Assembly: GCA_001819605.1 (NCBI GenBank)
Contig: MHNE01000017.1
Span: 10 to 64,009 of the forward strand
Direction of reading: 5' to 3'
Length of the DNA stretch: 64,000 bases
Origin: Candidatus Portnoybacteria bacterium RIFCSPLOWO2_01_FULL_43_11
Lineage (GTDB): Bacteria > Patescibacteriota > Minisyncoccia > Portnoybacterales > UBA2143
This document shows positions 8,655 to 18,291 of this stretch, piece after piece (within the stretch, counting starts at the first letter, position 1; each line of letters opens with the position of its first letter). A program made the translations under genes and the position numbers. Under the pieces are notes generated by a model that saw only the letters and a program-made list of their open reading frames with translations, searched no databases and was not told where the DNA came from.

Positions 8655-10493
8655 TTACCTGATTAAATTCATTAACCAGCTTTTATTTTTTGAAGTTATT
8701 GGAGGAAAAACCAATAAAGAATCGTCTGAAATATTAATTGCCTCCGTATTTTCTAAAATCTTTTCCGTTAATTCCGGAGAATAGCCCAGGACATAACGTA
8801 TCTCAAATTTATCAAAAGCTTCGGGTAATTTATTTTCCCCAATCAGCTTTTCTGCGGTCTCCGGCGTAAAAACAACCATTGACTTATCAATTAGATAATT
8901 TAATTTATTTATTTTAAACTGATCCAGATTAACCGCAATCACCTCCTTATCGGCAATATCCCGGCTGTCAATTTCTTTAGCGTAAGCCAATATTTTTAAG
9001 TGATGCGGTTCATCGTAAATCCGACCCCATAAAACATGACTGCTTAAAATTAAATTATATAAAACTAAAAAAATCAAAAATAAGCCCGTTATTGCTTTAA
9101 CTTTATTCATCATCTGAAAATACTGAGCTAAAATATCAACGAAAAACAATAAGCCAAGAGCGATAAATAAGGCAATGACCAAGCCAAAATCAATCAAATG
9201 ACTGCGCGCCGCTAAAATCACAAAAGAAAGAACCGAAATAACAAGGATAAGCCAAAAAACAAATAAATTAAACAAGTCTTTGCGTTTTTTTCTTAGAGCC
9301 AAAAAACCTAAAACAAATAATGAAAATATCAAAGGCCCCCCAATATCTTCAATGGCTGAAAATCTAAAAAGATGGCGGGGCAATAAAGAAAATCCCCACT
9401 TGGCTCTTTCTATAAAACCCGGCGCCTCTAAACCAACCTCTAAAGCCCCTTTATTTAAGGCGATTCTCTCTAAAAAAGACAAATCAGCCAACGAACTAAG
9501 ACTGTAATCTCTTAAATATTCTTCTTTCGCGAAATGATAGGTGTAAGGATCGGGATAAAAATGAGAAAGAAAATCCCAGCTTAAAAAATTAGCTTCATTT
9601 GACAAGACCTGCCCTTCTAAAGGAAAAATATATTTTATAATAACCAAATAGGAATTGCCGCCAAAAAATAAATCCGGCAGCCAGAAAAAAAGAATAATGA
9701 TAAAAAAGGGAATAAAAAGACAAAGAAATCTCTTTTTTTCTTTCTTAAACAGTAAATAAATAAAAAAAACCGGCGCGGCTAAAAACATCGCCTCTCTGGC
9801 TAAACCGGTTAAAGCTAAAAAAAATCCTGAAAGAACCGTAAAAATCAACTGGTATCTAAAATTGTTTTTCTCTCCCAAGAAAAAGAAAAGAAAAAATAAG
9901 GAAAAGAAAAAAAGACTGATTTCATAAATGCCGAAATTATAAGGACCGGCCCACCAGTTAAAAGGCAAAAGAATATAGACAAAAGCAAAAAGAGCCGCTG
10001 TTTTAAAATCAAAAAGATAATAAACCGTTAAAGTGAAAATTAAAAGCGTGAGAGCCAAAATTGTTACGGAAACGAAAATAAGTTGTTCAAATTTTACCTG
10101 ACCGGCCAGTCTAAAAATTTGCGCTAAGATAATCGGAGTGAGTTTGTTGCCTTCGGTTGATATTTGAGCGCGCTCTTTTATTAAAGAAGAAGCCAAAACT
10201 ATGTTAAGGTTATCTTCGACGCCGAAAACTCCGGCCCCGGCCAAATTGCGGGCTAAAAGAGAAGTATTCCATAAATTCATCGTTGAATAACCTTTAAATA
10301 GAACCGGCGAATACCAAACTATTGAAGCCGCAAAAAAAATTATTATTAAAAGACTGATTAAATTTAAATAATTTTTAAATTTATCCGGCATTAAAATATG
10401 GTATAGATAAAAGGCCCTAAAGCCGACGATTCGGCTAAAATAATAAAAAAGCTTAAAAGAATCAAAAGGATAATAACGGGAAAAAGCCACCAT
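8655..10493 (-). CDS. Large polytopic membrane protein, tandem paralog B
   Basis: Same conserved blocks as 6938..8650. An SD-like AAGGGTG lies 8 nt upstream of the 10493 ATG. An alternative start at 10391 (MPDKFKNY) would match the paralog's length. Confidence 0.5.
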   Translation of the reverse strand: MVAFSRYYPFDSFKLFYYFSRIVGFRAFYLYHILMPDKFKNYLNLISLLIIIFFAASIVWYSPVLFKGYSTMNLWNTSLLARNLAGAGVFGVEDNLNIVLASSLIKERAQISTEGNKLTPIILAQIFRLAGQVKFEQLIFVSVTILALTLLIFTLTVYYLFDFKTAALFAFVYILLPFNWWAGPYNFGIYEISLFFFSLFFLFFFLGEKNNFRYQLIFTVLSGFFLALTGLAREAMFLAAPVFFIYLLFKKEKKRFLCLFIPFFIIILFFWLPDLFFGGNSYLVIIKYIFPLEGQVLSNEANFLSWDFLSHFYPDPYTYHFAKEEYLRDYSLSSLADLSFLERIALNKGALEVGLEAPGFIERAKWGFSLLPRHLFRFSAIEDIGGPLIFSLFVLGFLALRKKRKDLFNLFVFWLILVISVLSFVILAARSHLIDFGLVIALFIALGLLFFVDILAQYFQMMNKVKAITGLFLIFLVLYNLILSSHVLWGRIYDEPHHLKILAYAKEIDSRDIADKEVIAVNLDQFKINKLNYLIDKSMVVFTPETAEKLIGENKLPEAFDKFEIRYVLGYSPELTEKILENTEAINISDDSLLVFPPITSKNKSWLMNLIR

Positions 10494-10557
10494 TTTTTGC
10501 GCACCCTTAAAAACGCCCAGATTTCTTTTAGAATTGATAATTTACTGATAAAGCCCA

Positions 10558-11682
10558 TTATTTTAATTTAAGGATATGTTCCTCTAAGATTTTACCGACC
10601 AGCTGATGACCGATCTTATTCAAATGACCGTCATATTTATAATACAATCTTTCGTCAAGTTTAGGCAAGGCCTTTTTAAAAAAAGGAGCTAAGTCCAAAT
10701 AAGTAATTTGATTTTCTTCAAAATAATTTTTTAACATTTGATTTGGCTTTTCCAAATCCCAATCCATGTTTTTCATCGCCGGATAAGTCCCTTCAACCTC
10801 CCGCCAAATATCTTCGTAAATCTGTTCCTGGGTCGGAAAAATAACTGCCAAAAATTTTATTTCTTTTTCATTGGTTGCCCCTTTGATTTTATTCAAAAAA
10901 TATTTTGTCTTTTCAAATCCGATTCTTAAAAAATCAGGGTATTCTTTTGAATAAATAAAATAATCAGCCGGAATATCGTCTACTTCTTTAAGATTTTCTT
11001 CTGCCCTTTTTGACCGACTAAAAAACCCAATTTTTATCAAAAAATTTCTTAAAGGGATTGAGCTGTAACTTTTTTCTCTGAAATAAGCAACTAATTTAAA
11101 ATTATCGGTCAAAAATGATTTAATTCTTTTCTTAAACCCAGCCGGCTCATCTATCACAAAAGAAGGATCTTTTTCGTCTTCCGTGTAATTATTAGGAATG
11201 TCGTTACTAATAGTAAATCCCAAAATTACCAAATCCGGCTGATATTTTAAACCATAGTGTTTTAAAGCGAGATATTCGCGGCCGGTGCCAAAACCGCTAA
11301 CTCCCAGATTAATCACTTCGGATTTCATTTGACTTTGATTTAAACCCGATTCCAGCAAACTGGAGAAATTATCAGAAACGGGGACTTGCATTGCTTCAAC
11401 TATTGAGTCGCCCAAAACAACTATTCTAAAAACTCCTTCCTCTTTTTGGGACGCATAGTCTTTGCCGATAAAGCCGTCTGAATTAATCTTTATTTGATGA
11501 GAAAATTCCTTATCGCGAGAAAGACTAACTTTCCCGGGAATGTGAATTCGGCCGATTTTTTCATCGCTTTGATAAAAGTTATCGCTCCGTTGCCAAAATA
11601 TCCTTAGGCCCATTTCCGTTAAAAAAAACATCAAAATAAGAGTTAAAAACAAAACTAATAAATTTTTTAACAGTTCTTTCAT
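10558..11682 (-). CDS. Membrane-anchored SGNH/GDSL-family hydrolase (esterase or acyltransferase)
   Basis: N-terminal TM helix, then the SGNH blocks VVLGDSIVEA (GDS), NLGVSGFG, FTISNDIPNN and DGHLNKIGH (DxxH). Confidence 0.7.
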   Translation of the reverse strand: MKELLKNLLVLFLTLILMFFLTEMGLRIFWQRSDNFYQSDEKIGRIHIPGKVSLSRDKEFSHQIKINSDGFIGKDYASQKEEGVFRIVVLGDSIVEAMQVPVSDNFSSLLESGLNQSQMKSEVINLGVSGFGTGREYLALKHYGLKYQPDLVILGFTISNDIPNNYTEDEKDPSFVIDEPAGFKKRIKSFLTDNFKLVAYFREKSYSSIPLRNFLIKIGFFSRSKRAEENLKEVDDIPADYFIYSKEYPDFLRIGFEKTKYFLNKIKGATNEKEIKFLAVIFPTQEQIYEDIWREVEGTYPAMKNMDWDLEKPNQMLKNYFEENQITYLDLAPFFKKALPKLDERLYYKYDGHLNKIGHQLVGKILEEHILKLK

Positions 11683-11684
11683 CT

Positions 11685-13436
11685 TTAATCTAAGGAAAAT
11701 TCCTTTTCTTTTAAAAATATTTCTTTAGTCGGCATTTCTTTTTTGTCTAAAAGATAATTCCCCATGGCCAGATAGTCTATGTCGGTTTTCATAAAGCATA
11801 AAAAAGCGTCTTTGGGAGTACAAACTATGGGTTCTCCCCGTACATTAAAAGAAGTATTGATGACAACGGGGCAATTGGTTAGGTTTTCGAATTCTTTTAT
11901 TAAATTGTAGTAAAGATAATTTTCTTTTATAGAAATAGTTTGAAGCCGGGCTGAATTGTCAAGGTGGGTGACCGCCGGAATAATCTGTTTTTTTACTTGA
12001 GCCGTTAAAAGCATATAGGGCGTTGGCGTGCCCTCGCCCAAAATTTTCTTAGGCAAATCAAAATACTCCTCGGTTTTTTCCTCTAAAACGGTGGGGGCAA
12101 AAGGGCGAAAACTTTCACGAAATTTGATCTTTAAATTAACTTTCTGCCAATTCTCTTTATTTCTGGCGTCGGCAATAATACTCCTGTTTCCCAATGCCCG
12201 CGGCCCCCACTCCATCCGCCCCTGAAACCAACCAATGATTTTTTGCTCCGCAATCAGCCGGGCAATAATTTTTATCATTTTTTCTTCTTCCAGTTTTTGA
12301 TATTTAACCCCCAACTTCTCTAAATACCCGCCTATTTCCTCATTGGAAAATTCCGGGCCGAGATAAGCATGAGACCATTTTGTCCGCCGGCCGTTGTCTA
12401 AAATAACATTATCAATATACAAAGCCGCGCCCATGGCTCCGCCGGCATCGCCGGCCGCCGGCTGGATAAACATTTTTTCAAAAGGAGTTTCTTTCAAAAT
12501 TTTACTGTTACTGACGCAATTTAAGGCCACGCCTCCGGCTAAACAGATATTTTTAAGTTTTGTTTCCTCGTACAGATGATTCGCCATTTTTACCATTATC
12601 TCGTTAGTTATTGCCTGGATGCTGGCCGCGATATCCCAATGTCTTTGTTCTATCTTTCTTTCCGGCTCTCGTCTCGGTCCGCCAAAAATATTTTCAAATT
12701 TCTTGTTAACCATCTTTAGGCCGTAATGATACTCAAAATAATCCATATTCATTTTAAAACTGCCGTCTTCTTTTATGTCTATCAATTCTTCTTTAATTAA
12801 ATCCGCATAAATCGGCCGACCGTAGGGAGCCGCGCCCATTACTTTATATTCGGCGCTGTTGACCTTAAAACCAAGATAATAAGTAAAAGCGCTGTAAAGC
12901 ATACCCAAAGAATCCGGCCAATTAATTTCTTTTAGAATTTCTATCTTATTATTCCGGCCGACTCCGCAGGTTGCGGCGGCCCGTTCGCCCACTGCGTCAA
13001 CGGTTAAAATGGCCGCTTCCTTGAAAGGAGAAATCAAAAAAGAACCGGCCGCGTGCGACAAATGATGCTCAATAAAATAAATTTTTCCCCGATAATTCAA
13101 TTCTTTTTTAATCAGATCCTTAATCCAAATTTTTTCTTTAAGCCAAATTTTCATCGCGGAAACAAAGGCTCTATAACTTCTGGGAAAAGTATCCACATAG
13201 CCCTCTAAAATTCTTTCAAATTTTAAAAACGGCTTTTCGTAGAAACCAATGTAATCAACATCTTGAATGTTTAAACCGGCAGTTTTTAAACAATATTTTA
13301 CCGCTTCTTTTGGAAAACGACTGTCGTGTTTTTGACGGCTGAACCGCTCTTCTTCCACGGCCGCCGTAATCTCTCCATCTTTTAAAAGACAGGCCGCCGA
13401 GTCGTGATAAAAAAAAGATAGACCCAAAATATTCAT
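11685..13436 (-). CDS. Carbamoyltransferase (NodU/CmcH family)
   Basis: The N-terminus MNILGLSFFYHDSAACLLKDGEITAAVEEERFSRQKHD is characteristic of the family. Length is 583 aa. Confidence 0.9.
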   Translation of the reverse strand: MNILGLSFFYHDSAACLLKDGEITAAVEEERFSRQKHDSRFPKEAVKYCLKTAGLNIQDVDYIGFYEKPFLKFERILEGYVDTFPRSYRAFVSAMKIWLKEKIWIKDLIKKELNYRGKIYFIEHHLSHAAGSFLISPFKEAAILTVDAVGERAAATCGVGRNNKIEILKEINWPDSLGMLYSAFTYYLGFKVNSAEYKVMGAAPYGRPIYADLIKEELIDIKEDGSFKMNMDYFEYHYGLKMVNKKFENIFGGPRREPERKIEQRHWDIAASIQAITNEIMVKMANHLYEETKLKNICLAGGVALNCVSNSKILKETPFEKMFIQPAAGDAGGAMGAALYIDNVILDNGRRTKWSHAYLGPEFSNEEIGGYLEKLGVKYQKLEEEKMIKIIARLIAEQKIIGWFQGRMEWGPRALGNRSIIADARNKENWQKVNLKIKFRESFRPFAPTVLEEKTEEYFDLPKKILGEGTPTPYMLLTAQVKKQIIPAVTHLDNSARLQTISIKENYLYYNLIKEFENLTNCPVVINTSFNVRGEPIVCTPKDAFLCFMKTDIDYLAMGNYLLDKKEMPTKEIFLKEKEFSLD

Positions 13437-13452
13437 AAATCTATATTATTTT

Positions 13453-13683
13453 TTAAAATTGCCGCTCAAAATTAGATTCATCTTTCTTTTTTTCTCTTAA
13501 AACCCAGTAAGAGTCTTGAAACGGCTTTGAAGAAAAAAAACTAATTATTTTTTTTATTGAAAAAACAAATCCGATAATTAAAAAATAAAAAATGCTTAAA
13601 ATAATATGGGTATTAAATCTGCCGATTAGATTGGCGAATTTTTTCCAGCCCCGCCAGATTTTTTTAAGAATTTGTCCAACCAT
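13453..13683 (-). CDS. Small membrane protein (76 aa) upstream of the carbamoyltransferase
   Basis: Basic N-terminus, one or two hydrophobic helices (HIILSIFYFLIIGFVFSI), and a tight operon position. No family assigned. Confidence 0.4.
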   Translation of the reverse strand: MVGQILKKIWRGWKKFANLIGRFNTHIILSIFYFLIIGFVFSIKKIISFFSSKPFQDSYWVLREKKKDESNFERQF

Positions 13684-13719
13684 ATTTTTATCTTGATTTA
13701 TTGAGCAGGTCTCTTAATT

Positions 13720-15045
13720 TTAATCTTTGATTCTTTTTAAATGCCTTACAATGAATAAGCTCCTGATTATTTTTTCTCCGGAACCGAAGTAAATAAAAAG
13801 CATTACGGCTGATTCTAACGGAGAAATAAAATTTAAAAAAATAAAAAAAAGCAAAACACCGCTTAAAATTACGGCCAGATTTAAAAAGAGGAGCACCTTC
13901 ATTTTATCTAAAATTCTGAAAAAAGCGCTGTAGCCGACGGAGAATCCGGACATAAGAAAACCTAAAGATAAAATATAAACTAATTTTATGGCCGGCAAAT
14001 ATTCCTCGCCGTATAATAAGCTGATTAAAAAAGAAGCAAAAATTATAAAGGGAATTAGGAGAAAAATAAAAAGCAAACCGGAGCCCCAAGCGGCTTTTTT
14101 AAAATTCTCCTTAAATATTTTTCCGCCATAAGCCAGCGACTGAGAAAGCTGAACCATTAAAACTCTTGAAATAGCCGTTAAAAAAACAATTGGCAGGGAC
14201 AAATAACCGGTCGCTATTTTAAAATACGCAATTTGAGAAACAGCCGAGGTAAACATACCCAAAAAAATCAGAGGCAGTCCCGCGTATAATTTATCTAAAT
14301 TTTTATTTAAAGAAACTAAAAAACCGAACTGAAGATATTTCTTAAAATTGATTTTTTTAAAATTTTTTATGATTTCAATCATTGAAGGAAGAAGTTCATT
14401 ATTTTTAGTTAGATAATGAAAAAGAAATAAAGAAACAATAGAAAATATTAAAGCGGAAATAAAGTGGCCAAAAACAATCCCGAAAAGACCGTAACCCAAC
14501 AAGACAAGAGATACAGGAAAAAGCAAATAAGTAAATTTGTTTAAATTTTCAATAACCGTCAAACTTTTAATTTTTCTAATTGACTGAAGCGTTAAAGTAA
14601 GAATAAAAAAAAGCGTTCTGACCATCACGGCTAAAATAACATAACGGGCCAAACGGCCGATTCCTTCCTGATGATAAAGCCAATCTGTTAAAAGCGGGGA
14701 AATTAAAAGGATTAGTACGCCAATAGTCAAAGAAATAAATAAACTGATATAGAAAAAATAACTCAAAATATTTTTTATTTCAACTCTATCTTTTCTCGCA
14801 TAAGCGGCCGGCAATAAGGTTAAAGCCGTGTAATCGGCGCCTAAGTCCATAAAAATTTCCGTTAAGCTGACAAAAGAGAAAATTAAGGCGTAAAGGCCGT
14901 AATTGTCCGAACCCAAAAGGCGGGCGAAAATAATTGAAGTCAGAGCGGAAATACCTAAAGAAAAAAACGAACCAAACTGAAGAATAGAAACATCGCGGAT
15001 AAATCTTTTTTGGCTAAGATTTTTAATTGTCTTAAATAAAATCAT
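13720..15045 (-). CDS. Wzx-like oligosaccharide/polysaccharide flippase (MOP superfamily)
   Basis: 441 aa with about 12 or more TM helices. The N-terminal ARLLGSDNYGLYALIF motif is typical of polysaccharide biosynthesis/flippase proteins. Confidence 0.65.
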   Translation of the reverse strand: MILFKTIKNLSQKRFIRDVSILQFGSFFSLGISALTSIIFARLLGSDNYGLYALIFSFVSLTEIFMDLGADYTALTLLPAAYARKDRVEIKNILSYFFYISLFISLTIGVLILLISPLLTDWLYHQEGIGRLARYVILAVMVRTLFFILTLTLQSIRKIKSLTVIENLNKFTYLLFPVSLVLLGYGLFGIVFGHFISALIFSIVSLFLFHYLTKNNELLPSMIEIIKNFKKINFKKYLQFGFLVSLNKNLDKLYAGLPLIFLGMFTSAVSQIAYFKIATGYLSLPIVFLTAISRVLMVQLSQSLAYGGKIFKENFKKAAWGSGLLFIFLLIPFIIFASFLISLLYGEEYLPAIKLVYILSLGFLMSGFSVGYSAFFRILDKMKVLLFLNLAVILSGVLLFFIFLNFISPLESAVMLFIYFGSGEKIIRSLFIVRHLKRIKD

Positions 15046-15047
15046 AT

Positions 15048-16529
15048 TTAATGATAATTAGCGGAAAATAAATTTTTAAGACGTTTTTTGACAATTAAAA
15101 AATTCAGCTCCCCCCTAAAAAACATAGCTGTGCCGGCGTAAACAAGTCTCATAAAACGAGAAACATTGGCCGGTATTGCTAATAACCTTGGCCGGGCTAT
15201 AAAATAATCACAGCTTAAAAAACGGACAAACCTTTTCGGAATAAACCGATTGGAAGTAAGAGAGATCAAACTATTCCAGCTATTATGACTAAATTTTATA
15301 AAATAACTATCTAAGGCTTTGGCCTTAAAATCTTCAATATCATTTCGGCCAATAGCGCCCCTTGACAATAATAATTCCGTCAAGTCGGTCTTTGGAAAAT
15401 GAGTCAGCGAATAAAGATGGAGAGCGAACGGTTTTTTAAGTTCTAATAAAAGATCTAAAGTTTCTTTTTCGCCTCCAAACGGCGTATCCATAATAACATC
15501 ATAATCAACCTTTATTTTATGCTTTAAAAGAATTTTATGAAGACTAAGAATTGATTCCCTAAAAGTATGCCTCTTATAAACATCGCGAAGAATTTCTTTG
15601 GAACCAGATTGAATGCCGGTGACCACCTTTCTTAAGCCAGCTGATTTTAAAAGAACTATCATCTCTTCGGTAACTAAATTGGGGTACAAATCAACTTCAA
15701 AGGGCAGATTGATTTCTTTTTTATATTTTTTCGTAAATTCTTTAAGCCATTTAATGTCTGAAACAAACATTTCATCAACAAAAAAAACGCCGTTTAAATT
15801 TCTAAAGTTTTTTTTAACCTCTAAAAGCTCCTCAATAAGAGAATCAACGCTTCGCCATCTGACAAATTTTTCGTGAGGATACAGCTTCTTTAGCGAGTTA
15901 TTTCCGCAATAACTGCAATTAAAAGGACATCCCCTTGTAGCCATGGCCACATATTTAACTTGCTCTAAAATAGGCGTTCCACGATAGATCGTATTGTTGT
16001 CTATCATGTATTCATTATTTTTGTCATAGATAGGCAAAGGTAATTTATTTAAATCAATAAGCGGCCTTATCTTATTTTGCTGATCTTTTGTCCAAAGATT
16101 CTCTATGCCCGGTTTTGACCAAGAAAAATTATTTTTGATTTGAGTTAATTCAAGCATTGGATACTCGCCTTCGCCCCGGCAAATTATATCAACGTATTTC
16201 AAACATTCTTCCGGACAAATAGTCGGATGTATCCCGCCCCAAACTATTAAAGAGTCGATTTCTTTTTTTACTTCATTGGTTAAATCAACCGCTGTCTTAA
16301 AAAAACCAGAACGCAGACTAAAACCGATAATATCTGGTTTAAGCTTTTTTAAGAGCTCAATTAATTTTCTCTTTTCTATTTTACTGGGTGGTTTATTGTT
16401 ATTATTGACTAATTCTTTAAAAAAAATTAAAGAAACATCAAGGCCTTCTTTTTTAAGAACCGAAAATATAGAACGAACTCCTAGGGCTAATTTGTCGTAT
16501 AAAGCGATTAAAACAATTTTTTTGTTCAT
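15048..16529 (-). CDS. B12-binding-domain radical SAM protein
   Basis: WGGIHPTICP, GEGEYPMLEL, ATRGCPFNCSYCGN. Confidence 0.8.
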   Translation of the reverse strand: MNKKIVLIALYDKLALGVRSIFSVLKKEGLDVSLIFFKELVNNNNKPPSKIEKRKLIELLKKLKPDIIGFSLRSGFFKTAVDLTNEVKKEIDSLIVWGGIHPTICPEECLKYVDIICRGEGEYPMLELTQIKNNFSWSKPGIENLWTKDQQNKIRPLIDLNKLPLPIYDKNNEYMIDNNTIYRGTPILEQVKYVAMATRGCPFNCSYCGNNSLKKLYPHEKFVRWRSVDSLIEELLEVKKNFRNLNGVFFVDEMFVSDIKWLKEFTKKYKKEINLPFEVDLYPNLVTEEMIVLLKSAGLRKVVTGIQSGSKEILRDVYKRHTFRESILSLHKILLKHKIKVDYDVIMDTPFGGEKETLDLLLELKKPFALHLYSLTHFPKTDLTELLLSRGAIGRNDIEDFKAKALDSYFIKFSHNSWNSLISLTSNRFIPKRFVRFLSCDYFIARPRLLAIPANVSRFMRLVYAGTAMFFRGELNFLIVKKRLKNLFSANYH

Positions 16530-18280
16530 ATAAATTTATAAATTTTTATATTCTTAACTTCATAGATCCGTTCAAGAAAATTATATTCGTCTAAGCTCCA
16601 TTCGGGATTTAATTGCCCGTCCCAAAGGATATAATCAACCGGATATTTTTTAAAAGCTGACTCTAAGGATATTTGATAAAATTCTGTATATTCATTTAAT
16701 ATTTTTCTAACCATATCGTCAGACGCTTCCTGGTCTTTATCGGTATAGGATAATCTATATTCATAGCCGAGCAAACGGAAAAAAATCTCATCTCTTAAAT
16801 CTCTAAAAAAGAGCTTTTCGGCCATTTCCGGAGTAATTTTATTTAACCGGTATTCCAAGAATAAAACATATAATCTATTTTCCCCGCTAATGGCTTCGTA
16901 ATGAATCCAATGATATCTGTTTTTTATCAAATATTCATCAAGGTGGGTATAAAGATTTACATAGCCGCGCTGACCGGTGTAGCTGATTCCGGTAAAAATT
17001 GACTGTTCTTTTTCCATATTTTGATTAAGCCAATTAAAGACAGAACCGTATTGTTTGGCATAAGCGTTCACTTCACCTTCATTTTTTAAAAAAACAAAAA
17101 TCTGCTGGCCGGTGATTAAATAAAAACCGATGACTGCAAAAACGCTTGTTGATAACCAAAAATATTTTGGGTGTTTATCCTGAATCAAACCGAAAACAAA
17201 CCAGACCAATAAAATAATAACTGTCGGCTTTATGATATACCAATGATAATGAGCCGGCTGAAGAATCCGGCCGGTGATTATCTGCTGATTTAAAACAGTA
17301 AAAAAAGAGATAATCAGGATAGACCAAAACCAAAGATTTTCTCCTCTGATTCTTTTGGTATAAAGATTTAAAAAATATAAAATCAGGACGATTATTAAAT
17401 ACTTGCCGATAATGGGAGAATTAGAAATAATAAAACCGGTTTGGCTGGCTGAAGAATCAAATATTGGATTATTGAGCAGTTTATAAAGATTAAACCAATA
17501 AGGTAGAGCAATTAAAGCGCTTAAAAATATAATCCAGAAAATTTTTTTAAGATTAAGCCAATCTCTTTTAATTAAAAACCAAAGAGCTGAAACAAAAATA
17601 AAAACAACTAAAAAAGTCCAGGTAAAAAAATAAATATAAAAAGAAAGACCAAAACAAATGCCGGCCGGCCAAAGATATCTTTTTTTAGATTGGGTTATGT
17701 ATAAATAGAGAAAAGACAAAAAAGAAAATAAAAGTATCAGGCCAAAAACCGGAACAATCGGCCGGGAAAAAATAGACGGCTCGGGGATAATAAAATTTTT
17801 AGCCAAAAAACTTTTGAATTCCGAGACGGAACCAAGACTATAGTAAAACATCACGCCGACTGATGACACTAAGGCGATTTTTTTATCCGAATTGAATAAA
17901 AGAACGAAAAAATAAATAACTAAAAATAAGAGAGCCGGCAGAATGAATTTAGCCAGAAGAAAAATCTGACTGACTTTTGAGAAAAAGATGCGGCCGAATT
18001 TATACATTAAAGTTTCAGCCAAAGGCGGCTGGATATATGGTTTATCCTGATTAAAAGTCCAAAAAACATTCAAAAAATCAAAATCGCCTTCGGCGATTTC
18101 TTGAAAACGAGCTAAAAAATTCGCTTCGCTGTCAGTGGCTAAAATATTGATGCCTGCGTAATCCGGCCCGGCCTGAATTATAAAAATCACTTGAGGAAAA
18201 ATCATTAAAAAACCGGCTGAAATTGAAAAAATCAAAGCCCAATAATGACGGATGAAGAATTGTTTAATCTGAAAAAACAT
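16526..18280 (-). CDS. Polytopic membrane protein with a soluble C-terminal domain (function unknown)
   Basis: About 12 hydrophobic segments followed by an ~180-aa hydrophilic C-terminus. It has a 4-bp overlap with the downstream radical SAM gene. Confidence 0.45.
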   Translation of the reverse strand: MFFQIKQFFIRHYWALIFSISAGFLMIFPQVIFIIQAGPDYAGINILATDSEANFLARFQEIAEGDFDFLNVFWTFNQDKPYIQPPLAETLMYKFGRIFFSKVSQIFLLAKFILPALLFLVIYFFVLLFNSDKKIALVSSVGVMFYYSLGSVSEFKSFLAKNFIIPEPSIFSRPIVPVFGLILLFSFLSFLYLYITQSKKRYLWPAGICFGLSFYIYFFTWTFLVVFIFVSALWFLIKRDWLNLKKIFWIIFLSALIALPYWFNLYKLLNNPIFDSSASQTGFIISNSPIIGKYLIIVLILYFLNLYTKRIRGENLWFWSILIISFFTVLNQQIITGRILQPAHYHWYIIKPTVIILLVWFVFGLIQDKHPKYFWLSTSVFAVIGFYLITGQQIFVFLKNEGEVNAYAKQYGSVFNWLNQNMEKEQSIFTGISYTGQRGYVNLYTHLDEYLIKNRYHWIHYEAISGENRLYVLFLEYRLNKITPEMAEKLFFRDLRDEIFFRLLGYEYRLSYTDKDQEASDDMVRKILNEYTEFYQISLESAFKKYPVDYILWDGQLNPEWSLDEYNFLERIYEVKNIKIYKFI

Positions 18281-18291
18281 AAATTTTGCAA

